A DNA stretch of 61,382 nucleotides from Candidatus Parcubacteria bacterium (GTDB lineage Bacteria > Patescibacteriota > Minisyncoccia > Phycocordibacterales > JAKAEA01). Every line of letters starts with the position of its first letter. The first letter of the stretch is position 1. A program made the translations under genes and the position numbers. The notes beneath the pieces are model-generated. The model worked only from the letters and a program-made list of their open reading frames with translations, ran no database searches and was not told the DNA's origin. Shown here piece by piece: positions 1 through 8,864 of this stretch. Location: positions 1 through 61,382 of the forward strand of contig CAWDXL010000006.1 of the NCBI GenBank assembly GCA_963806325.1, given 5' to 3'.

Positions 1-2081
1 GCAACCTCAATCCACTCATCTTCGCCGACCGAAACGGTGACTGAAGGATTGTGTTCGGTGTAATGCGTCTTCACAAGCTTCCAATGCTCGAGCTGATCAA
101 TGGCTGAGATGTCGTCTTTGTAGATCGAACCCTCCGGAGCTTTACCGGGAATTCCAGGACGTAGGTGGTGGCGTTTTCCGCGGATTGTCCGACTTCAGGG
201 TGATACGGAACGCCCTGGTCTTTGAGCATCTTAAAGAGCGAGTCAGTGGCAGAGATTCTGATTCTTCGGATATAATATGGGCGTGTCGAGGATGCATGCC
301 GGAAGAGCAGTCAACGGTTTGGGAGAGAGTGCCGGAAGGTTTGACTGCAGTGGTGCAGGTGGAAGCGATTAATGCCGAATCTTTTTGGCGTATATTTCGT
401 TGACCTTAATGACTTCTTTCTTCAATTTTTCAAGGACTCTGGCATTTCTGACAGCTGGGCAATCCCACTGGCCGGTAACCGAGACGCCAAGAAGGCTTTC
501 TTTTTCGCAGCGCTCTTTCCATTCTTTTGAAAGGTAGGGGAAATGGGTAAGACTTGCTTGGTACGTGCCAAGAATTGTCGCGAGACGGATTTTTCTCAAG
601 AGTGATTTTTCAGTATCTTCTGCCCGGGCGACAACTTCCGAAAGGTTGCAGAATTGTTTTGATTGCAGAATGATTTCTCCGCATGGGTTGGTGCCGATAG
701 GGCCGATGATATTCTTGCCGGTAGGGTCAAAATAGCCGCTCGTATTCCTTCAGGACTTTGATTCTTCGCTCCGGCAATGTCTTTGCAAGGATCCTCTATT
801 GAATATGCCTCGTTCGCCCGAGCCGGATTTCATCAGGGCAGTCCATTCCTCCAAAAATTCGGTATTTGAGGGCTTCTGGGGATAAACCGCCGAGTTGTTG
901 GCGAGCATTCGTTGAGGCTCGTTGACATAAAAAGCTCCTTTTTTCGATCGCGGATATCGTTGTCGTCCAAATCGGAAAGGGAAATCATGGCGCTTCGTCG
1001 GACTCCTCCGGAAACAACACAATCGCCGATCATGCAGATAATGTCATGAACATCTATATTGCGGAGTCGTCGTGCCTTGTCGGGCAAGCATTTTACTCGA
1101 GTGAAGGCAAAAGTCGTTTGCAATGGTTCCGGCCCGGATGCTTTGCCTCCCATGGTCTTCAGTCGCGTACCTGCAGGGCGGAGTAAGAGAAATCAAAATC
1201 AATATCCTGACCTTCAGCCCATGTTTTCATACCGAGCGTGAGTGCGTCTGCCCAGCCCTCTTTGCTGTCCGGCAATCTGTGTGTCGGCAGTTTTTTGCCA
1301 GTCTGGATTTTGATTTGTGGGAATTTCTGAACGTTTTGGCTTTCGACAGACCAGCCGCGCTCCGTACCGCACATTGAAACGTACATGATTTCAGCCAAAT
1401 CTCTGAAAATATTCCGGCGCGATGTATGAGCAGTTGTAGGCGCAGACGTTTGTCTTGCGCGCGGCAGCTCCGGCAAACTGCAAAAGTCTCATTGACGGCA
1501 TTGCTTCGTGCTTTAAAATACCTTCTCGAAGCTCTTCGTATTCAGTTTCTTTGAGCTTGTTGCCAAGATTTTCTTTCATGAAAGAGATATAGCGGTCGAC
1601 GGTCTCAATCCACGTCTCTCGGCGGCCTTCCTCGTTCGATCCAGCGGGAATAGGTGCGGTAGTAGACGAATTCTCCCAAGGGAATTTCTGAAATATTTCT
1701 TGCTGTCTTCGGCCAATTTTTTGACTTTTTCCGGTACCCGCATACCTTGGGCTCGCGAGATTTGAGCGTTTTTCGCGGTAGAGGATGTAGGCTTTCGCTG
1801 TTTTCACGTATTCGCTTAAAATAAGCTCTTTTTCGACAGTATCCTGGATTCCTTCAACTGTCGGAATGAAATTTTTGTATTTTTTGGTGATGCGCAGAGC
1901 ATCGGCATACACTTTATTGGCTACCATCAGAGCTTCTTTAGGGATCCTTCCTCGAGGCAATCATCGCCTTGTTGATGGCATTGCTGATTTTTTGAACATC
2001 AAAGGGCACAATCGATCCGTCACGTTTCTGGATACTCTTCACGATTGTCTCGACAGCCGCAGTGCTCTTTTTTGTTGCCAT
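1..2081 (-). CDS. nrdJ: Class II (adenosylcobalamin-dependent) ribonucleotide reductase with N-terminal ATP cone; runs off window start; several frameshifts
   Basis: Stitched minus-strand frames give MATKKS...KRDGSIVPFDVQKISNAINKAM (ATP cone), AMPSMR, CAYNCSY, GGVRRSAMISLSD, GTNPCGEI, ESLLGVSVTG and a C-terminal HNPSVTV segment. Confidence 0.93.
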
Positions 2082-2324
2082 AAATTTTTTATTAGTAGTA
2101 AATTGATTGCCGAACTAGTATATCAAATTTCACTCGTTGAGTGGAAGCAAAAACAAGGAAAAAATCAGTTGGAACATCATGCAAGACTCACTGTCAATTT
2201 AGACGCTTTTATTCCTATTGTTTTACAACTCATTAACCTATTTCATTTAATATTTATAAAAAATTCGGGAATATTTCATATATAATCTGTTTTAATGTAC
2301 TATTACTAATAATTCCAATTAAGT

Positions 2325-3131
2325 ATGAATACAACGAGCGAAAAGATTAATACTGACCTATCTATGAAGAAGAGTATTAAAAACTTAAAACCGTCTGATG
2401 ATTTTATCAACAGAATTATCTGTGGCAGTGCTGTTGATGTTATGAAGCAAATGCCTGACGCATCTGTTGATTTGATTATCACTTCACCCCCCTATAACCT
2501 AAAAAACTCTACTGGTAATGGCATGAAAGACGGAAGGGGTGGCAAGTGGGCCAACGCAGCCCTCCAGAAGGGTTATAGCCACCACAACGACTGTATGCCT
2601 CACGACGAGTATGTTAAATGGCAAAGGGACTGTCTAACGGAAATGATGCGTCTTATTCCTAATAATGGTGCTATCTTCTACAACCACAAATGGCGTGTTC
2701 AAGGCGGCCTGTTACAAGACCGACAAGATATTGTGAATGGATTCCCTGTTAGACAGATTATCATCTGGAGGCGAAAGGGGGGTTTCAACTTTAACGCAGG
2801 ATACTTTGTGCCAACGTATGAAGTAATTTATTTAATTGCCAAACCAGAGTTTAAGTTGGTACCAAAGGCCAATGGCCATGGAGATGTTTGGGAATTTACT
2901 CAAGAGATGAATAATGAGCATCCTGCTGCTTTTCCTGTAGATTTAATTGATAGAATTGTCGGGTCAACTCATGCCAAAACCATTCTCGATCCATTCATGG
3001 GTTCCGGTACTACTGCGCTCTCGGCAATAAATTTTCAAAGAAATTATATTGGTATAGATATTTCTCCTGAATACTGTACTATGGCTGAGAAAAGAATTGA
3101 AGAACATAAGGCGCAGAATAAATTCTGGTAA
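2325..3131 (+). CDS. Beta-class N4-C/N6-A DNA methyltransferase (type II R-M)
   Basis: Catalytic TSPPY motif precedes the SAM-binding DPFMGSGTT motif; HPAAFP motif present. Confidence 0.92.
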   Translation: MNTTSEKINTDLSMKKSIKNLKPSDDFINRIICGSAVDVMKQMPDASVDLIITSPPYNLKNSTGNGMKDGRGGKWANAALQKGYSHHNDCMPHDEYVKWQRDCLTEMMRLIPNNGAIFYNHKWRVQGGLLQDRQDIVNGFPVRQIIIWRRKGGFNFNAGYFVPTYEVIYLIAKPEFKLVPKANGHGDVWEFTQEMNNEHPAAFPVDLIDRIVGSTHAKTILDPFMGSGTTALSAINFQRNYIGIDISPEYCTMAEKRIEEHKAQNKFW

Positions 3132-3135
3132 AACC

Positions 3136-3934
3136 ATGCAAAATGAACCTATAATCTACACGAAACAAGCCCTGATTCAAAAATTTAAGGAAATTGCGAC
3201 AATGGATTGGATTCCTAATGCTCGCCACAAAAATCATGGAGGTGTCGGCAACACACTGGAAGATTTGCTCGGTATAAAAGAAAACAACCTACCTATTCCT
3301 AATGCGGCAGAATGGGAACTTAAAACTCAAAGATTAGGCACAGCTTCGCTAACAACCCTTTTCCATATAGAGCCATCACCTCGAGCAATTGGTTTTATTC
3401 CGAAAGTTTTATTGCCTAAATACGGCTGGCCCCACAAAGAGGGTGGCAAGAAGTATCCAAAAAATGAAATGAGTTTCCGTCAGACTATTCACGGTTTATC
3501 CAGAAGTGACAGAGGGTTTATGGTTAAGATTGATAGAATTGAAAAGAAAATAATAATTTCATTTGATGCTTTGTCGGTTGACGTTAGACATAAAACTTGG
3601 TTGAAAGCTGTAAAAACAAAAGTAGGTTTAGGGGAGTTAAACCCACAACCTTATTGGGGTTTTGATGATTCTTGAACATAAGGCTGGAACAAAATTGCTC
3701 AACTGTTTTTATGTACAAGCAGAAGTGAAAAAGGTGCGAGGTAAAGAATTCTATAAATATACAAAAGTGATGATGCTCCAAAAGTTTAATTTTGAAGGAT
3801 TTTTGAAAGGATTAGAAGAAGCAAAAGTGCTCGTAGATTTTGATGCACGGACGGGTCATAATCACGGTACAAAATTTCGAATGAGAGAGGACGCGTTGCC
3901 AATGCTCTACGATAAAATAACTGTAATTATGTAA
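3136..3934 (+). CDS. MvaI/BcnI-family restriction endonuclease (one frameshift near 3665)
   Basis: GVGNTLEDLLGIKENN...WELKTQR and the C-terminal HNHGTKFR motif; directly follows the methyltransferase; ORFs 3097-3675 and 3662-3934 join as YWGFDD/LEHKAG. Confidence 0.85.
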
Positions 3935-3978
3935 GCATTGCACAGTGTGCAATATTGTTGCGCGATGGTTGGTAGCTA

Positions 3979-4008
3979 TTGCTATCAGATAGCGCTGGGG
4001 TATACAAT
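3979..4008 (+). promoter_or_regulatory. Putative sigma70 promoter for the B12 operon
   Basis: TTGCTA (3979-3984), 18 nt, TACAAT (4003-4008), ending just before the riboswitch. Confidence 0.5.
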
Positions 4009-4014
4009 CCTGCT

Positions 4015-4175
4015 ACGGTTATTTGTCGAGCGAATGCTCGGGTCCATGAAAATGGACTGGAAGTAAGGTTAAATTCCTTCACTGTGCCGCAACGGTAACG
4101 TTCCGCGATCGCAAGAGCGAATTGCGGAAACAAGTCCGGTCAGCAAATAGCCTCATCCCGAGCAGGAAATGGATC
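4015..4175 (+). promoter_or_regulatory. Cobalamin (B12) riboswitch
   Basis: Core GGAAGTAAGGTTAAATTCCTTCACTGTGCCGCAACGGTAA (4059-4098) and AAGTCCGG (4132-4139) resemble the conserved cobalamin-riboswitch blocks; closing helix GGTTATTTG (4017-4025)/CAAATAGCC (4144-4152); lies upstream of DUF4430 genes. Confidence 0.85.
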
Positions 4176-4206
4176 ATGTGTCTATTTTTATATCGTTGTA
4201 TCAACG

Positions 4207-4232
4207 AACCCTGCTCGGCAGAGGTTTTTTTA
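4207..4232 (+). terminator. Riboswitch-controlled intrinsic terminator (expression platform)
   Basis: CCCTGC-TCG-GCAG(A)GG hairpin followed by a T run, 7 nt before the ATG at 4239. Confidence 0.75.
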
Positions 4233-4238
4233 TTTTAT

Positions 4239-4814
4239 ATGAACAAAAAAATACTATATATAAGTGTCGTTGCGCTTGTGATACTTGCTGCTGCGGGAAT
4301 ATTTCTTGATAGCCACAGGGAATATCCACAGTCTGCGACGCAACAGGAGGCGATCAGTACGGCGGTTTCGGTAAATACTGGATCAACAGCATCTACAACT
4401 GCTATTTCTGAACAAAATACTTCTGGGAATCTAAAAACTCAGAGCAAAAATCAAACGCTTGCTCAGGAATCAACGCAAACATCCACCACTTCCTCGACTA
4501 CCGTTTCATCTGGCGAAAATACACATCAAATTCAAATCAGTTTTGTGGCGGGAAGCACGACATATGCCGAAAGTGTTCCTCAAGGATCGACCGCATACGA
4601 CGCGATGGCCATTCTTGCTTCAACCACACCCTCTTTTAATTTTAAAGCCGCATATTATTCAGGACTCGGTTATTTTGTTCAGGAAATTAACGGCATCAAA
4701 AATAGCAGCAGCATGTATTGGACGCTCTACATAAATGGAGCGTATTCGACGGTTGGCGCGTCGAGCTACGTGGTAAAAAATGGCGATACGGTAGAGTGGA
4801 GATTTGAAAAGTAG
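4239..4814 (+). CDS. Membrane-anchored DUF4430 (transcobalamin C-terminal-like) protein
   Basis: N-terminal TM helix, Thr/Ser-rich stalk, then STAYDAM...GYFVQEINGIKNSSSMYWTLYINGAYSTVGASSYVVKNGDTVEWRFE, the typical DUF4430 signature. Confidence 0.85.
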   Translation: MNKKILYISVVALVILAAAGIFLDSHREYPQSATQQEAISTAVSVNTGSTASTTAISEQNTSGNLKTQSKNQTLAQESTQTSTTSSTTVSSGENTHQIQISFVAGSTTYAESVPQGSTAYDAMAILASTTPSFNFKAAYYSGLGYFVQEINGIKNSSSMYWTLYINGAYSTVGASSYVVKNGDTVEWRFEK

Positions 4815-4845
4815 CAGGTATTAATCATTCAGGCTAACAGATTAT

Positions 4846-7170
4846 ATGAAAACACATCACATGAGAATAAAATTGATGGCAGGCAGTGCAGCTATTGTTT
4901 TAATGGCTTCAATAAACATTTTTTTGCCATTCATGCATGTGTCTGCCGATGATGCGACAACTACAGCAACGACAGCAACTACAACTATTACAGATTCTGG
5001 TGCGTCTGCTACTACGACGAGTCCAATAATTCCAGTAGATAGTGCAACAACTACCCCAGCTTTGGTTTTGGGAACAACTACCATTCCAGCTATTGCGACT
5101 ACAACGCCAGCTATTGATATAAGCACGACTACTGCGACAACTACGCTGTCTCTTGCGCCGGTTGTTGCGGCTTTTGTGAGTCCGCAAGATGTGTCTACGA
5201 GCACACCAACGACTACGCCTGTGACAAATACAGTGACTTTGAATGTCCGCTACCAGGATTCCGTTGTATTTTCCGGAACAGTGCTTCTGCCTGTTGCCAC
5301 GACCACGACGCTTAATGATTCAACCGGAACACCACACCCTATTTCGTCAGATAGTGCTCTCTATCTCTTGTCGCAAGCCGCAGCGTCCTCTACTGTATTT
5401 TCTCTAAGCGATCTTGATTATTATTCCTCCTTTGGCGAATTTTATGTCAATTGTCTTGATATAAATGCAACACCTGCAATCGCATCATCGACGGTTCATG
5501 CTTGTGCTGATTGGCAGTATGCAGTAAATAATTCCAATCCATCTGAAGGTTCTGATCAATATATAGCTGCGCCAAACGACGATATCTATTTCTACTACGG
5601 CAATCAGCGGCAATTTTCAGTTTCAGCGACGAGTACCGATACGGTGACACCGGTTACTGTCACGGCTCAAAAATATGATTATACAAACAATACATGGGTA
5701 CCACTTGCCGGAGAAGTTGTAGGCGCGACACAGCCAGATCCAAGTAATCCATGGAGCCCTCTTGTCGTGGCCACCTCAACAACCAATGCGAATGGGACAA
5801 CCACTCTCCTTATGACTGACGCCGGCGTCTACGATATCGGGCTTTCTGATGACGGTTATTATCCAACAGTAGCCGTGACTGTTGCTACTTCAACGGCAAC
5901 AACAACATTGCCAGTCGGTACATCTGGGGGTGGAGGAGGCGGCTCGACCCAATCATTATTTAATGTTTCGCAAGCACTCAGCTATCTCGCGTCAAAACAA
6001 AATGCCAACGGTTCGTTTGACGGCAGTCTCTACACCGATTGGGCGGCAATCGCGCTTGCTGCCGGCCCTCAAAGCCAGAGCAGGAGTGAAATTACAAATT
6101 ACGAGCAGTCGGCGCCAAACACAGCAGTGAGTGCGACAGATTATGAACGTCACGCAATGGCCCTTGAGGCACTCGGGATAAATCCATACACTGGAACATC
6201 TGTTAATTACATCCAAGGAATCGTCAATGATTTTGACGGCACTCAAATAGGCGATCCATCGCTCGTCAATGACGATATTTTCGCGATATTTCCCCTCCTT
6301 AAAGCTGGCTATACAATCTCCGATCCTATTATTTCAAAAGATATTCAATTTATTATTTCGCAGCAATCCGGAAATGGCTCGTGGGGAAGCATCGATCTCA
6401 CTGCTGCTGCAATTCAGGCACTGTCACAGGTGCAGTCTCTAAATGGCGTCTCTGTGGCAATGGGTAGAGCAGAAAATTATTTAAAAAGTTCGGAGACAGG
6501 CGGCGGTTTTGGTACAAGCTATGCTACAAGCTGGGCTCTCCAGGCTATTGCCGCGCTCGGCCAAAGTCCATCGCAGTGGCAGCAAGGAAGCGTCACACCG
6601 CTTTCATATCTTGCGGGGTATCAGCAGACGGACGGCGGTGTGGAGGTGAGCACGACGCCGGATGATAGCAGGGTGTGGGCGACGTCATACGCGATTCCCG
6701 CAGCACTTGGCGAATCATGGCCGGCAATGCTATCTTCATTTCCTAAATCAACTTCTTCATCAGGATCTTCCGGCAGCAGTTCGGGAACAAGTGGAACGAC
6801 AAGCACATCAACTCCGGCTGTTGTTGCAACATCTACAGTATCAACAACAAATAATGATGCCACCTCAACCCTCGCTGTGGCGCCGCGATCTCCCGTATTG
6901 CCACTGTTCGCCGGTACCCCAATAAAATTTGCGGTTAAAAATTTTCAGCATAAAAATAGTGTGTCAAAAATAACCGCTGCCAGCACATCTTCAAGTACGG
7001 CAGCAGTTAAGAGCAGTAATCAAAATTCGTCATCAACAACACCTCTTTCAAATATTGCTGCTGCTGGAGCGAGCGGGCAGGGAATTCCGTTTAAAGACAT
7101 CTCGATTGTCGGTGGAATTTCAGTGGTAGTCGCGGGGGCTTTCTATATTTATAAAATGAAATATAATTAA
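4846..7170 (+). CDS. Large surface protein: signal/TM, Thr-rich linker, DUF4430-like domain, Ig-like domain, prenyltransferase/squalene-oxidase alpha-alpha toroid, C-terminal TM anchor
   Basis: FGEFYVNCL...WQYAVNNSNPSEGSDQY...DDIYFYY (DUF4430-like); repeated QW-like motifs YLASKQNANGSF, ISQQSGNGSWG, AGYQQTDGG; C-terminal hydrophobic helix with basic tail. Confidence 0.75.
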   Translation: MKTHHMRIKLMAGSAAIVLMASINIFLPFMHVSADDATTTATTATTTITDSGASATTTSPIIPVDSATTTPALVLGTTTIPAIATTTPAIDISTTTATTTLSLAPVVAAFVSPQDVSTSTPTTTPVTNTVTLNVRYQDSVVFSGTVLLPVATTTTLNDSTGTPHPISSDSALYLLSQAAASSTVFSLSDLDYYSSFGEFYVNCLDINATPAIASSTVHACADWQYAVNNSNPSEGSDQYIAAPNDDIYFYYGNQRQFSVSATSTDTVTPVTVTAQKYDYTNNTWVPLAGEVVGATQPDPSNPWSPLVVATSTTNANGTTTLLMTDAGVYDIGLSDDGYYPTVAVTVATSTATTTLPVGTSGGGGGGSTQSLFNVSQALSYLASKQNANGSFDGSLYTDWAAIALAAGPQSQSRSEITNYEQSAPNTAVSATDYERHAMALEALGINPYTGTSVNYIQGIVNDFDGTQIGDPSLVNDDIFAIFPLLKAGYTISDPIISKDIQFIISQQSGNGSWGSIDLTAAAIQALSQVQSLNGVSVAMGRAENYLKSSETGGGFGTSYATSWALQAIAALGQSPSQWQQGSVTPLSYLAGYQQTDGGVEVSTTPDDSRVWATSYAIPAALGESWPAMLSSFPKSTSSSGSSGSSSGTSGTTSTSTPAVVATSTVSTTNNDATSTLAVAPRSPVLPLFAGTPIKFAVKNFQHKNSVSKITAASTSSSTAAVKSSNQNSSSTTPLSNIAAAGASGQGIPFKDISIVGGISVVVAGAFYIYKMKYN

Positions 7171-7183
7171 CTATCCAATATAT

Positions 7184-7756
7184 ATGTCCGTAAAAAAATC
7201 TCTCATCATTTCATTTCTTTTGGTTGTCGTCGGAGTCGCAGGGCGCTTTCTTCCGCATCTTCCAAACGCTACGCCAATCACAGCCATCGCGCTCTTTTCG
7301 GCAACATACCTAGGCCTCCGCTATTCGTGGTCTATTCTCATTGTGACTATGCTTATTACCGACGCATTTATCGGTTTCTATGATTGGAAAGTCATGGCCG
7401 CTGTCTACGGAAGCCTTATTTTGAGCGCTATAATCGGCTTATTGGTCAGGAAATATAAAACAGCAGGAACAAAGATAGTATTTGCCGGCAGTGTATTTTT
7501 TGGCACACTCGCTTCATCATTATTATTCTTTCTCATCACCAATTGGGCTGTCTGGCAGTTTGGAATGATGTATGTTCATTCATGGCAAGGTCTCATGGAA
7601 TCGTATGCGATGGCTATTCCATTCTTTAAAAATTCTCTTCTTGGCGACCTCACGTACACCGCTACGCTCTTCGGTGCATTTGAAACAGCTCGCTACGCGG
7701 TCTCTCAGAAAATAAAAATCCGCAGCGCTGTGCGGTCATTGAAAAATCAGTTCTAA
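7184..7756 (+). CDS. DUF6580-like integral membrane protein, putative ECF-type S-component (B12 uptake candidate)
   Basis: About six hydrophobic segments; RFLPHLPNATPITAIALF, SSLLFFLITNWAVW and YAMAIPFFKNSLLGDL motifs; last gene of the riboswitch operon. Confidence 0.7.
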   Translation: MSVKKSLIISFLLVVVGVAGRFLPHLPNATPITAIALFSATYLGLRYSWSILIVTMLITDAFIGFYDWKVMAAVYGSLILSAIIGLLVRKYKTAGTKIVFAGSVFFGTLASSLLFFLITNWAVWQFGMMYVHSWQGLMESYAMAIPFFKNSLLGDLTYTATLFGAFETARYAVSQKIKIRSAVRSLKNQF

Positions 7757-7801
7757 TAACAGAACATTTGAAATAAAATCGTTTTTGCTTTACACTTGAG
7801 T

Positions 7802-8320
7802 ATGGCAAAAATAACTATCTTTGGACTAGCAGGGACGGGGACAACAACGCTCGGCAAGATGCTTGCTAAAAAGCTTGAGTGTGAATTTGTGTCGACGGGC
7901 AAGATATTCCGTGCAAAAGCAGCGTCGCTCAGCCTCGATCTCTATCAGTTTGAAAAGCTATGTAATGAAGATTATAGCTACGATCGGGCTATTGAAGATG
8001 AAATTGGCTTATATGGCAAACAGCACGACAATTTTGTTCTAGAAAGCCGGCTTGGGTGGTATTCAATCCCAGATTCTTTTAAGATAAAAGTGATTTGTGA
8101 TTTTGAAACTCGTATCAAGCGTGTGGCTGATCGTGACAATATTCCGTACAAGGAAGCGGAGGTAAAAACTCTTTTTAGAGAAAATTCGCACATTGAGCGG
8201 TATGCCGCAAATTATGGTATTACCGATTTTGGTGCCGATCATTATTTTGATGTGATTATTGATTCTACTGAAAAAAACCCGGAGCATATGCTGCAGATTG
8301 TGGTTGATTCATTGCGCTAA
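7802..8320 (+). CDS. cmk: Cytidylate kinase, archaeal-type (AAA family)
   Basis: GLAGTGTTT P-loop, STGKIFR, DRAIED, ESRLG and RIKRVADRD motifs; own promoter-like TTGAAA-17-TACACT just upstream. Confidence 0.75.
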   Translation: MAKITIFGLAGTGTTTLGKMLAKKLECEFVSTGKIFRAKAASLSLDLYQFEKLCNEDYSYDRAIEDEIGLYGKQHDNFVLESRLGWYSIPDSFKIKVICDFETRIKRVADRDNIPYKEAEVKTLFRENSHIERYAANYGITDFGADHYFDVIIDSTEKNPEHMLQIVVDSLR

Positions 8321-8350
8321 AAACACCCCGCTGACTCGGGGGTATTTTTA
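8321..8350. terminator. Bidirectional terminator between convergent genes
   Basis: ACCCCG-CTGACT-CGGGGG hairpin with A run before and T run after. Confidence 0.65.
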
Positions 8351-8377
8351 GTAGTAGGGGATTTGTGTGGGCTTTAT

Positions 8378-8566
8378 TTATGCATGGCTATGCATATTTC
8401 TGTCGGCAAGGCTGGAAGGGGACGCGAGAGCTCCCCACAACGCCAGACCGGCAACGACAATTCCGCTCAACACAAGACTTGTCGTCATTGCACCCGCGGA
8501 AAAGCCAACGTATGCCGACAAAATGATCCACAAGCCCACAATAACGTTTATCCACTGTTGCCACAT
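8378..8566 (-). CDS. SPW-repeat small membrane protein
   Basis: WQQWINVIVGLWIILSAY...SLVLSGIVVAGLALW two-helix pattern. Confidence 0.75.
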   Translation of the reverse strand: MWQQWINVIVGLWIILSAYVGFSAGAMTTSLVLSGIVVAGLALWGALASPSSLADRNMHSHA

Positions 8567-8719
8567 ATAGTTTAAAATTACTGGCTAATAAAGGACCTTT
8601 GCGTCCAGAGACGCTTTCAATCTGCCTTCCTTACAAACGGCTGTGTACGAGCATGATGTCCAATGCTGCATACATGGTACACTGAGACGGTTCTTATTAG
8701 TCAATCATACATAGCATAT

Positions 8720-8818
8720 ATGGCAGGCTCAAAATCAAAAAACTCTCCGAAAAATGTAAAGCGTATCGGAAAACAAGTAGTCAATAACAAAAGCAGCAAA
8801 AATAAGACGCGAAGGTAG
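8720..8818 (+). CDS. Putative 32-aa highly basic small protein
   Basis: Manual translation MAGSKSKNSPKNVKRIGKQVVNNKSSKNKTRR; extended -10 TGGTACACT at 8675-8683. Confidence 0.4.
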   Translation: MAGSKSKNSPKNVKRIGKQVVNNKSSKNKTRR

Positions 8819-8864
8819 ATATGTCTTCACTTTTTCTTCATGTACCATGTGATATGTTTTTGGA

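Noticed and set aside
185-1377. Plus-strand ORFs overlapping nrdJ and the many other short antisense ORFs in the track
   Set aside because: They are shadows of well-supported genes on the opposite strand, with no recognisable motifs.
2325-3934. Assigning CCWGG/CCSGG specificity from site avoidance
   Set aside because: CCAGG, CCTGG and CCGGG sites occur repeatedly in the window; a proper count and methylome would be needed.
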